From assembly GCA_963827655.1 (NCBI GenBank), contig CAWHCF010000014.1, forward strand, positions 1-64,000: DNA of 64,000 bases, read 5' to 3'. The notes under the pieces are model-generated. The model was not told where the DNA came from. It did no database searches and was given only the letters and a program-made list of their open reading frames with translations. The position numbers and the translations under genes were made by a program. Each line of letters begins with the position of its first letter. Position 1 is the first letter of the stretch. Origin of the DNA: an uncultured Acidobacteriota bacterium (GTDB lineage: Bacteria > Acidobacteriota > UBA6911). This document shows positions 31,681 to 40,267 of the stretch, piece by piece.

Positions 31681-32280
31681 TTAGAGTTCGCGCCGGCCTT
31701 CGATAGCCTTGATCATCGTCACCTCGTCGGCGAATTCCAGGTCGCTGCCCATGGGAACGCCCAACGCAATTCGACTGACTTTGACTCCGATGGGCTTGAT
31801 CAACCTGGCCAGATAGATTGCCGTCGCTTCTCCTTCCACGTTGGGATTGGTGGCAAGGATGATCTCGCGCACATTCCCTTCCTTCAACCGCTCCATCAGG
31901 TTGCCCAGCTTCAGATCCTCCGGACCGACGCCGTTTATCGGTGAGATGACCCCGTGCAGAACATGATACTGGCCATGGTATTCGCGGGTCTTTTCGATCG
32001 GTAGGATGTCCTTGGGTTCCTCCACGATGCAGATCGTGTCAGGATTGCGATGCGTGCTGGCGCAATAGTGACATGGATCCCGGTCGGACAGATTGTTGCA
32101 TCGAGAACAGTAGCGGATCTTGTCCTTCACCTCCAGAATCGCCTGGCTCAGGCGCGCAACGTCTTCTCGCGGGCGGCGCAGGATGTTGTACGCCAGACGC
32201 TGCGCGGTTTTCTGCCCTATCCCAGGTAACTTGCGGAATTCGTCGATCAGCCGCTCGATCGGCTCTGCGTAGTCACTCAT
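31681..32280 (-). CDS. recR: Recombination mediator RecR
   Basis: [14 protein letters not shown]4 zinc finger, [22 protein letters not shown]. Confidence 0.97.
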   Translation of the reverse strand: MSDYAEPIERLIDEFRKLPGIGQKTAQRLAYNILRRPREDVARLSQAILEVKDKIRYCSRCNNLSDRDPCHYCASTHRNPDTICIVEEPKDILPIEKTREYHGQYHVLHGVISPINGVGPEDLKLGNLMERLKEGNVREIILATNPNVEGEATAIYLARLIKPIGVKVSRIALGVPMGSDLEFADEVTMIKAIEGRREL

Positions 32281-33956
32281 GAATCTATTTCCTCAGCCTT
32301 CACCGGGCCAGGAAATCTATCCAGGAAAGACTGCACTATGGGTTCGCGCCTGGCCCGTTCCAGTATGTCGGTCAGCGGGGGCGCCGCAGCGGCGGCCTTG
32401 GCCGGAGATCCCAGTTCATGGAGGAAACTGACCGTGATTGAACGCCCGGCGATCTGGGAGGCGGCTTGCGCGATGGACGAGATGTTTTCCCTGATCTGAC
32501 GCCGAAAGAATTCATTGAGCCGAGTGAGATCCAGGACGAGGGAATCGTCTTTCAGCTCGGCCTGAGGGAGAGCCCGCAGCGCGGATTCGAGCGACTCCTT
32601 TTGCACCGCAGCCGCAATTTTCTGCAACAGATCTTGCGGCGGGAGTTGTTCCATTGGAGACGGCTCGGACGTCCTGGTCGAACTGCTGGCAGCATCCGAG
32701 GAACCGACGATTGCACCCCCTTTGCGAGGCTTGGCCGCCCGTGAAGGCTCTTTCTCGACCGGAGACCCGGAGGTTCCCGGCGCCGTCTCGGTTCCCGACG
32801 GCCCCGGGAGATTTCCTTTAACGAAAGCCGAAAACTCGGCGATCAAGGTCTCCAGTGAACGCACCCGCGGCAGCTGGGCCAGTTCAATCAGCCCCATTTC
32901 CAATTGAAAGCGCGTATTGGTGGCGTCCTTAAGATCACCTTCCGTTTTCAAGAGGGCATCAAAAATCCTCAGCAGATCTTCAGTGCTGAACAGCTCCGCT
33001 TGCTCACGCAATTCCGGCACAAGGCTTTCAGGCACTCCCAGCACCTGGAGATCCGTGACGCCGGCCTTGAACACCATCAAGTTGCGGAACTGTCCGAGCA
33101 GCCGCCGGCTAAAATTCCGCAAATCCTGTCCCGCCTCGACCACATCGCCCACCACGTGCAGTATCTTGTCGGAGTCGTTGCGGGCGATGGCGCGGACGGT
33201 ATCGCCCAGGACCGAAGGCTCCACCAACCCGAGAAGCATGATCACGTCCTGATCCCGGACCTCTTCTCCGCTGAACGCAATCACCTGATCGAGCGCCGAC
33301 ATCGCATCGCGCATGCTGCCGCCGCTCGAAAACGTGATTTGTTCCAGCGCCGGGACACTGATCCGGATGTTCTCGCGCCGGGCGATTTCGGTCAGCCGGC
33401 CCAGGATCAGCGGAAACGGAATCAGCTTGAAATTGTACTGCTGGCAACGCGACAGAATGGTAGCCGGGATCTTGTGATACTCCGTGGTCGCCATGATGAA
33501 AATCACGTGGGGCGGCGGCTCTTCGAGAGTCTTCAGCAGGGCGTTGAATGCCGGTTCCGGGGTGAGCATGTGGACTTCATCGATGATGAAGATCTTGTTG
33601 CGGTCGCGGGCCGGTTTGTAGCGGACTTCCTCCCGCAGTTCCCGGATCTCATCGATGCCCCGGTTGGAGGCAGCATCGATCTCCAACACGTCCATGCAAT
33701 TACCCGCAGCAATCTCGTTGCAGGCCACACATTGCCCGCAGGGCTCGCCGGCATTGCTTTGGTGACAATTCAAAGCTTTGGCCAGGATCCTGGCCGTCGT
33801 GGTCTTACCGCTGCCTCGGGGACCGGAAAACAAGAAGGCGTGGGCGACACGCCCGAGCTTGAGGGCGTTCAGCAAGGTCTGCGAAACGTGTTCCTGTCCT
33901 ACTAAGTCGTGGAAGTTCTGAGGTCGCCACTTCCGGGCCAGAACCTGATATTGCAT
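32277..33956 (-). CDS. dnaX: DNA polymerase III subunit gamma/tau
   Basis: [39 protein letters not shown]; start ATG 33956. Confidence 0.96.
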   Translation of the reverse strand: MQYQVLARKWRPQNFHDLVGQEHVSQTLLNALKLGRVAHAFLFSGPRGSGKTTTARILAKALNCHQSNAGEPCGQCVACNEIAAGNCMDVLEIDAASNRGIDEIRELREEVRYKPARDRNKIFIIDEVHMLTPEPAFNALLKTLEEPPPHVIFIMATTEYHKIPATILSRCQQYNFKLIPFPLILGRLTEIARRENIRISVPALEQITFSSGGSMRDAMSALDQVIAFSGEEVRDQDVIMLLGLVEPSVLGDTVRAIARNDSDKILHVVGDVVEAGQDLRNFSRRLLGQFRNLMVFKAGVTDLQVLGVPESLVPELREQAELFSTEDLLRIFDALLKTEGDLKDATNTRFQLEMGLIELAQLPRVRSLETLIAEFSAFVKGNLPGPSGTETAPGTSGSPVEKEPSRAAKPRKGGAIVGSSDAASSSTRTSEPSPMEQLPPQDLLQKIAAAVQKESLESALRALPQAELKDDSLVLDLTRLNEFFRRQIRENISSIAQAASQIAGRSITVSFLHELGSPAKAAAAAPPLTDILERARREPIVQSFLDRFPGPVKAEEIDS

Positions 33957-33968
33957 AGGATGAAGGGC

Positions 33969-34071
33969 CGGACCCCGGGAGACCTGCGGCACATATAACA
34001 TTCCTCTTAATGCTGCTTCCTTCCGGACCTGACATGGTTCGAGGGTTATATTGCACAGGGCCCGAGGCCCG
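33969..34071 (-). ncRNA. ffs: Signal recognition particle small RNA (4.5S)
   Basis: GTCAGGTCCGGAAGGAAGCAGC domain-IV signature inside a long hairpin with paired GGGCCTCGGG/CCCGGGGTCC ends; upstream of dnaX as is common. Confidence 0.93.
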
Positions 34072-34104
34072 CTACTGGTACGATCCGCAAACCGACCCAA
34101 TGAT

Positions 34105-34186
34105 ACCGCAAAGGCGCGAAGACACAAAGAAATCACAGGCACGTGTAATTATTCTGCGTTTCTTCGCGTGGTTGCGTCTTCGTGGT
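34105..34186. repeat. Octamer tandem-repeat inverted hairpin
   Basis: A-CCGCAAAG-GCGCGAAG-ACACAAAG ... CTTCGCGT-GGTTGCGT-CTTCGTGG-T. Confidence 0.78.
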
Positions 34187-34271
34187 AGAGTTTAAGGCGT
34201 CCGATCCGGTCCAGAGTTTGTTCGCCCCAACCCGCGAGAGAAACGTTTATTCCTGAGGTGTGCGGCGGCAG

Positions 34272-34838
34272 ATGGAATTCCAGAGCTTCGATCAAGAATA
34301 TGTGCGGCGGCTCACCGAGGGTGATCGCTTTGTCGAAAACGATTTCACCGCTTATTTCAGCGAGCTGCTTCTATTGAAGCTTCGACGGCGCCTCCGGTCG
34401 CCGGAACTCCTCGAAGACGTCATGCAGGAAACCCTGCTCCGAGTCCTGCAGACGCTCCGGGTCAAGGGGGGGCTTCAACATCCGGAGCGGCTGGGCGCCT
34501 TCGTCAATTCGGTGTGCAACAATGTTCTTCTTGAACACCTTCGCAGTGAGCGAAAATACAACACCCGGGGCGAAGAGGCTCCCGATATCGTCGACGTGCG
34601 GATCGACCTGGACGCTCCGCTGGTCGACCTGGATCGCACGCGGCAGGTCAAGCAAGTACTGGATGGACTCTCTGATAAGGATCGTAAACTGCTGAGAATG
34701 ATCTATTTCGAAGAAAGGGACAAAGACGAGGTCTGCCGGGAATTAGGTGTCGATTCCGCTTATCTGCGGGTGCTGGTACACCGCGCGAAAACGCGTTTTC
34801 GCGATAACATGGTAAAGCACAAGATAAGGGTCATTTAG
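34272..34838 (+). CDS. ECF-type sigma-70 factor
   Basis: Region 2 LLEDVMQETLLRV..FVNSVCNN; region 4 LDGLSDKDRKLL..EVCRELGV..LRVLVHRAK.RFR. Confidence 0.9.
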   Translation: MEFQSFDQEYVRRLTEGDRFVENDFTAYFSELLLLKLRRRLRSPELLEDVMQETLLRVLQTLRVKGGLQHPERLGAFVNSVCNNVLLEHLRSERKYNTRGEEAPDIVDVRIDLDAPLVDLDRTRQVKQVLDGLSDKDRKLLRMIYFEERDKDEVCRELGVDSAYLRVLVHRAKTRFRDNMVKHKIRVI

Positions 34839-34861
34839 CATGGATCCTCAATGCAATCTTC

Positions 34862-34891
34862 GTGAAACGTCTCGGATGGTAAGTTCACAAT
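34862..34891 (+). promoter_or_regulatory. Putative cognate ECF promoter, copy 1 (GTGAAACG-N15-TCACAAT)
   Basis: Intergenic, 18 nt before the anti-sigma ATG; same motif and spacing as 38846-38875. Confidence 0.65.
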
Positions 34892-34909
34892 AGGGGTGAG
34901 ACGAGAACA

Positions 34910-35596
34910 ATGGATCACGAAGAGGCTCTACGAATTCAGGCGCCGGAAAAATACCTCCTCGGGGAGTTCTCCGACCTGGAGCGTGATCAATTCGAGGAGC
35001 ACTTCTTCACCTGTCAAGCATGCGCAGCCGAAGTACGAGCCGGCGCAGTCTTCGAAGCCAACGCGCGGGCCCTGTTCGCGGACGAAGCGCGGCGATCTTT
35101 CGCGCCGAAAGACGCCGCAAGGCCCGCCGCGAAAGTGAGCTGGCGGGACTGGCTGGGGCTTCGACCCGTCCTCGCTGCATCGTGGGCGGTCTCATTGCTG
35201 CTGCTGGCCGGCACTACTTACCAGGCGCTTGTTTACCGCAGCCGGCTGGCGGAGATGAACGCGCCCCAAGCGTTTGCGCCCTTGCTCTTGCGCGCCGATA
35301 CCAGGGGCGACGATCGGGCCGTAAAGCTGACTGAAAGCTCGAGGTTCTTTAGCCTGGGAGTCCAGTTGCCTCCCGAGCTTGATTCCCCCACGTATGAGTG
35401 CCAGATTCTCAGCGAGGCCGGATCTCCCCTCTTTGCTATTTCCTCCCCGGCTCCGGCGCCTGGCATGCCGTTGTATATTCTGATTCCTGCTTCACAATTT
35501 CATTCCGGTCGATATAAGCTGTCTGTTCTTGGATCGCAGCAGGGTTCGGGGCTGCGTGAAAGCGCCACATACGGATTCGTAGTCCAACGCGAATGA
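34910..35596 (+). CDS. Zinc-binding anti-sigma factor (zf-HC2), single TM, extracytoplasmic beta domain
   Basis: YLLGE..ERDQFEEHFFTCQAC (HxxxCxxC), hydrophobic helix LAASWAVSLLLLAG, beta-rich C-terminus. Confidence 0.85.
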   Translation: MDHEEALRIQAPEKYLLGEFSDLERDQFEEHFFTCQACAAEVRAGAVFEANARALFADEARRSFAPKDAARPAAKVSWRDWLGLRPVLAASWAVSLLLLAGTTYQALVYRSRLAEMNAPQAFAPLLLRADTRGDDRAVKLTESSRFFSLGVQLPPELDSPTYECQILSEAGSPLFAISSPAPAPGMPLYILIPASQFHSGRYKLSVLGSQQGSGLRESATYGFVVQRE

Positions 35597-35606
35597 GGAC
35601 AGGAAA

Positions 35607-36312
35607 ATGTCGAGAAATGAAAAAACTGAAGCGTATCTCTATCGGGGCGAAGCTTTCGCGTTAGGAGGGTATCTCACCAACCCGTTTTACGAAAGCATCG
35701 AGACTCAGGCGGCAAGTGTGCTTTCCCCTACGGGGGGATACAGCTCCGCGCGTGTTGAAGACTTTCGCTACAAAGAATTCTTTTCCTTCAGCCGCGCGTC
35801 TACCCAGGTAATCGGCAGCTATAACGAACCGGGATATGAATTCAACACGCTGATGACGGCGACCATCGAAAACCTGAATATTCTGAACATGGTCACCGCC
35901 GACCTGGTTTCCTGCCGCCTGTCAATCGTGTACAAGGGAGACCCTACCAAACCGGAAAAACCGTCAGTCAATCCCTCCGGGAGTTTTTTTGTGAACCTTC
36001 GGATCGGTGGGAAGCCTTTTGACCCTAATGTTCCGAGCGCCCTCAGCCAGTCAGAGATGGCGGAACTCCTGGCCAAGTTGCGCAAGGACGCCAATGGCAA
36101 GAGGCGTCAGGGCTACGCTTGCCCGGAACGAACTGCTGCAGAAGGGGCCTCTTTTGATCCCGCAGTTCGGGTCCATCTTCATTGCCGATTGGCTCGATGA
36201 CGAGTATGCACCGCGCCTGACGATGTTCCGGATCGAGCTGGGATGTACGCCGGAAGGGAGAATCTCGGGAGCGGGTGTCGGCAATGGGAGCGGAGGATGG
36301 CCTTCAACCTGA
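35607..36312 (+). CDS. Hypothetical beta-rich protein of the ECF/CHAT locus (frameshift near 36100)
   Basis: ORF 35607..36200 appears to continue in the frame of 36007..36312 (IPQFGSIFIA...RLTMFRIELGC). RBS GAGGACAGGA; corrected end overlaps the CHAT start. Confidence 0.65.
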
Positions 36313-38810
36313 TTGTAAGGTCCCTCGTTCTCCTTTCGCTACTGGCTGCCTGCAGAGGCCGGCCCCCTACAACCGAGGCGCTGTTCCAGGACGCGCGCAA
36401 AGCTTTCAACACCGGAAATCTTGAACTGGCCGGCCGGCTCGCCGCGCAGGGTCTCGGCCTCCGGCACGTCCAACCCGGCACTCTCTGGCACCATCGATTC
36501 CTTCTCCTTCAATCAGAAATCCTTTTCGTCCAAGGCAAGAACGACGACGCCCTGGCTCTTCTTCCCAAAACAATCCCGAACAATTCCGGTCTTACCGAGA
36601 TAGGGATTCGATCCCTCATCATACGAGCCCGAATCCAGTATCGGAACCGGCAATACCAGGAAGCAGACCGTTTGCTGACTCAAGCGAAAGAGCTGGCTAT
36701 GGAAAGCGGTTCTTCCCTTCTCCTGGCCGAGGTCGCTCTTCGCCGAGGTTACTTGCATAGCCTGCAGAACAATTTTGCCGAGGCTGAAGAGTGCTACCGC
36801 TCTGCCTACCGAGGCGCTCTCGAGGGAAGGGATCCTTTCCTTCAGATCGAAGCTCTTGGAAATCTTGGATTCAACCTGGTACAGAATTCCAGGTACGACG
36901 AAGCCATCCCCAAGTTTGAACTAGCCCTGCAAGCGGCGGAACAGGCCGGGGATCGAAGGTCCGTCGCCCGAAGCTGGGGAAACCTCGGCACCTGTTACTA
37001 CCAGCTGGGAGACTTTGAAAAAGCTCTCGAGCTTCTGAAACGAGGCGAGTCACTGGCGGCCGAATTAAAGCTCGAATGGGATCGTCAGAACTGGCTCGGA
37101 AACATCGGCGACGTTCACTACGAACGCGGGAATCATGAAAACGCCATTTCATACTTCGAAAAGGCGCTGAAAGTCGCGCGCGAACTCTCCGATCCCACGT
37201 GGACGGCGAACTGGCTCAATAATCTCTCAATCGTGCAACGCGACAAAGGCGACCTGGGAGCCGCCGAGAGATACAATCACGAGTCTCAGAATATCCAGGA
37301 GGGCATCAAGGACAAAAACATCGAATTCTACCTTCTGACGCTCGCCAATGGCGCCCAGATCAAATTCACAAAGGGCCAGTTTCCCGAAGCCGAGAGTATT
37401 TATCTCAGAGTCCTCGAGAAGGCCACAGATCTGAAAATTCCACAATCTCAATGGTTGGCCCACGTCGATCTCGGCACTCTCTATGCACGTATCGGGCAAT
37501 CCTCCAGGGCGGAATCGCACTTCGAAAGTGCGCTTTCCACGGTTGAGAACGTACGCAGCGGTCTTCGTCGAGACGAATTCAAGATTACTTTCCAATCCCG
37601 GTTGATAGATCTCTACCAGAATTACATCGACTTTCTCATGAGAGAGGGAAGAATCGAGAAAGCCCTGGAGGCTGCCGAGTCGAATCGGGCCCTGGTTCTT
37701 GCGGAAAAACTGGGGCTCGAGCGAAAGTCATTGCTTTGGGCGCAGATTCCAAAACTGCGGCAGCTAGCCCGGCGCCTTGACGCCGTTCTCCTTTCATACT
37801 GGTTGGCGCCCAAATCTTCCTTTCTGTGGGTCGTTACGCCAAACGCCATCCGCTCTTTCATCCTGCCCGGTGAGCCTAAGATCAGGCGGCTGGTGGAGGC
37901 TCATGGGAATGTCATCAGGAACTCGCCGGATCCGATAGCCGACTCCGACTCGACGGCGGCAGATCTTTATGACGCCCTGGTGGCTCCGGCCTCGCAGTTG
38001 ATCCCGCCGGGCAGCCGGGTGCTTCTGGTGCCCGACGGCTGCCTTCATGACCTGAACTTTGAAACCCTGCGAGTCAGTCCGGGGCGATCACGCTACTGGA
38101 TCGAGGATGTCACGATTGTCGTTGCGCCGTCGCTGGCGGTGCTCGACACCGCGTCCAGCCCTCGGCCCGCGCCATCGAAACCGCTGTTATTGATCGGTGA
38201 CGCTGTTCCCGTAAGCGACGAATTTCCGCGCCTGAAAGCTGCGATACCGGAGATTGAGAGCATCAAAAGCTATTTTGATGAACCGACGGTTCTAACCGGC
38301 CCGAAGGCGAATCCGGGCGCCTACGGGGAATCGCGCCCCGAGCTCTTTCGGCTGATTCACTTTTCCGCCCATGCCACGGCCAATCGCCAGAGCCCACTGA
38401 ATTCGGCCGTGATCCTTTCGCCTCAATCAGACTCATTCAAGCTTTACGCGCACGACGTGATGAAATTTCGCCTGCGGGCCGAGATAGTGACGATCTCCGC
38501 CTGTCATGGCGCCGGCGCCAGATCCTATTCGGGCGAAGGGCTGGTCGGATTCATGTGGGCCTTCCTGCAAGCCGGGGCGCGGAATGTGATCGCCGGCCTT
38601 TGGGATGTCAATGACCGCTCGACGGCCGAAATGATGAGCGATTTCTACGCCCACGTGAAAGGCGGCAAGAGTCCGGCGGACGCGCTCCGTTTCGCGAAGC
38701 TTGACATGCTCAAGGCTGACAACGCCTACCGCCGGCCTTATTACTGGGCCCCTTTTCAACTCTTCACGCGATCCAATCCCTTTACCAATCGGTGGACGGC
38801 CAGCCGCTGA
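36297..38810 (+). CDS. TPR-CHAT (caspase-fold peptidase) lipoprotein
   Basis: Lipobox LLAAC, multiple TPRs, LLVPDGCLHDLNFETL, catalytic His (IHFSAH) and Cys (TISAC), AGARNVIAGLWDVND, PYYWAPF. Confidence 0.9.
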   Translation: MAFNLIVRSLVLLSLLAACRGRPPTTEALFQDARKAFNTGNLELAGRLAAQGLGLRHVQPGTLWHHRFLLLQSEILFVQGKNDDALALLPKTIPNNSGLTEIGIRSLIIRARIQYRNRQYQEADRLLTQAKELAMESGSSLLLAEVALRRGYLHSLQNNFAEAEECYRSAYRGALEGRDPFLQIEALGNLGFNLVQNSRYDEAIPKFELALQAAEQAGDRRSVARSWGNLGTCYYQLGDFEKALELLKRGESLAAELKLEWDRQNWLGNIGDVHYERGNHENAISYFEKALKVARELSDPTWTANWLNNLSIVQRDKGDLGAAERYNHESQNIQEGIKDKNIEFYLLTLANGAQIKFTKGQFPEAESIYLRVLEKATDLKIPQSQWLAHVDLGTLYARIGQSSRAESHFESALSTVENVRSGLRRDEFKITFQSRLIDLYQNYIDFLMREGRIEKALEAAESNRALVLAEKLGLERKSLLWAQIPKLRQLARRLDAVLLSYWLAPKSSFLWVVTPNAIRSFILPGEPKIRRLVEAHGNVIRNSPDPIADSDSTAADLYDALVAPASQLIPPGSRVLLVPDGCLHDLNFETLRVSPGRSRYWIEDVTIVVAPSLAVLDTASSPRPAPSKPLLLIGDAVPVSDEFPRLKAAIPEIESIKSYFDEPTVLTGPKANPGAYGESRPELFRLIHFSAHATANRQSPLNSAVILSPQSDSFKLYAHDVMKFRLRAEIVTISACHGAGARSYSGEGLVGFMWAFLQAGARNVIAGLWDVNDRSTAEMMSDFYAHVKGGKSPADALRFAKLDMLKADNAYRRPYYWAPFQLFTRSNPFTNRWTASR

Positions 38811-38845
38811 GTCTCTCTTACCCCGGGAGGTCCATTGCGATTGGG

Positions 38846-38875
38846 GTGAAACGCGGAAAGGGCACTTCTCACTAT
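38846..38875 (+). promoter_or_regulatory. Putative cognate ECF promoter, copy 2 (GTGAAACG-N15-TCACTAT)
   Basis: Identical 8-mer, identical 15-nt spacer length and 6/7 match of the second box to 34862-34891. Confidence 0.65.
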
Positions 38876-38881
38876 TCAGAT

Positions 38882-39080
38882 GGAGAGACGGCGCGTCCCT
38901 TCCCGGCCTAGCCTAGTAACCTCCGAGAGCCGCAGCAACGCCCTTCAGCCAAACGCATCTGGTTTTTCGCGCCGTCTTTCCCGTATTACAAGTAAACTGT
39001 GTCGCCGCAACTTTTCGTCAAGAACGCTAAGGAGACGGGGTCCCTGCTCCCTCGGTGCTTAACCAAACCGGGGATTCTCT
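38882..39080 (+). ncRNA. Candidate structured sRNA downstream of ECF promoter copy 2
   Basis: 14-bp helix 38882-38895/38968-38981 (one G-U), inner hairpins, 3' hairpin 39048-39074; starts 7 nt after the -10-like box. No family recognised. Confidence 0.4.
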
Positions 39081-39523
39081 CCCGCGTACACGTTCCCGTT
39101 TCCGTTCCCGTTCTCCGGCGGTATCCTATCGCAATGCCATTTGATCATGAGCGTCTCGATGTCTACCATGTGGCCTTGGACTTCCTGACGCTGGCCGATG
39201 AAGTCAAAGAGCACCTGCCACGAGGGCGCAGCCACCTCGCGGATCAACTGACGCGGGCATCCACCTCCATTGTGCTCAATATCGCCGAAGGTAGTGGCAA
39301 GTTCTCCCGGCCGGACAAGCGCCGCTATTATCTAAGCGCCAGTGGGTCAGCGACCGAATCTGCAGCCATACTTGACGTTTGCTTACGGCTCAAGCTCATC
39401 GACGCATACCAGCATGAGACCGGCAAGGCGATGCTCGAACGCATCGTGTCGATGCTGATTAAGCTTGCCAAGCGCCTCGACATGGATTGATCGGGAACGT
39501 GGACGGGAACGGGAACGAGGACG
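39081..39523. repeat. Inverted hexamer tandem-repeat arms (TTCCCG)n / (CGGGAA)n enclosing the four-helix-bundle gene
   Basis: Left arm 39081-39115, right arm 39492-39523, reverse-complementary. Confidence 0.82.
39134..39490 (+). CDS. Four helix bundle protein (23S rRNA IVS-protein / bAvd-like family)
   Basis: FDHERLDVY..A, LADQLTRASTSIVLNIAEG, A.GSATE..A.LD, IVSMLIKL. Confidence 0.9.
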   Translation: MPFDHERLDVYHVALDFLTLADEVKEHLPRGRSHLADQLTRASTSIVLNIAEGSGKFSRPDKRRYYLSASGSATESAAILDVCLRLKLIDAYQHETGKAMLERIVSMLIKLAKRLDMD

Positions 39524-39621
39524 TTCCCCTAACGGTCAAGGCCTGCGGCTGCCTTCTGTCCTTTAAACTCCGGGCCTGACGTTGTATGATCCAACCCCCT
39601 TAAGAATGGTGAGAAAACGAC

Positions 39622-40233
39622 ATGGCCGAAAGAGATTCATTTGCCGATCGGAAGCGTGGACAGGAGGAGGAATACTTTCACAAGAAGGAAAAAGAGCTGA
39701 TCGAGAAAATGCGGCAACGATCCGCAATGGAGGCCAAGCGGGACGAACTGATTCAAGCTGTCGGTGTCGCTGACCCGAAAATTCTGGAGGATCTCCAGGA
39801 ACTGGGTTACACACGCGAAACGGTAGGGCTCCTTCACCTCCTTCCACTCGTACGCATTGCCTGGGCCGAAGGAAAGATCACCAAGGCCGAGAGCGACCTC
39901 ATCTTCGAAGCGGCCCGCGTGCGCGGCGTCCTGCCCGGAAGCCCGGCGTACGAGAAACTGACCGAATGGCTCAATCGCCGGCCCAAGGAGGAATTCTTCG
40001 ACAAGACCATGCGGGTCATCCGGGCCATCCTGATGGTGTTGCCCGAGGGAGAGCTAGAGACCAGCAAACGTGACCTGCTTTCCTACTGCACTCGAGTGGC
40101 CGAGGCGTCAGGCGGGATTCTGGGAATGGGGCGCAAGATAGACGACAAGGAACGCGCCCTTCTCGAGGAGATCGCGGGAATGCTGGAGCAGAGTCACAAG
40201 TCTGCAGCGAAGGAAGTGCTGGACCAGAAATGA
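39622..40233 (+). CDS. Hypothetical protein with charged N-terminal helix and TerB-like helical domain
   Basis: LVRIAWAEGKITKAE...VAEASGGILG..KIDDKERALLEEIA resembles TerB-like proteins. Confidence 0.6.
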   Translation: MAERDSFADRKRGQEEEYFHKKEKELIEKMRQRSAMEAKRDELIQAVGVADPKILEDLQELGYTRETVGLLHLLPLVRIAWAEGKITKAESDLIFEAARVRGVLPGSPAYEKLTEWLNRRPKEEFFDKTMRVIRAILMVLPEGELETSKRDLLSYCTRVAEASGGILGMGRKIDDKERALLEEIAGMLEQSHKSAAKEVLDQK

Positions 40234-40267
40234 CCTTGTTCCCGGGCGCCCTGGCGGTGGAGCTTCG

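Noticed and set aside
32277-32290. Absence of ybaB/ebfC between dnaX and recR
   Set aside because: Real but minor gene-order variation; the genes overlap directly (ATGA) with no remnant.
39134-39490. Diversity-generating retroelement (Avd-like gene) or 23S rRNA IVS
   Set aside because: No reverse transcriptase, no template/variable repeat pair and no rRNA sequence nearby.
34272-39523. Type III-E CRISPR (Craspase) locus
   Set aside because: TPR-CHAT and ECF sigma are present, but there is no cas7-11/gRAMP, other cas gene or repeat-spacer array; the CHAT protein looks exported.
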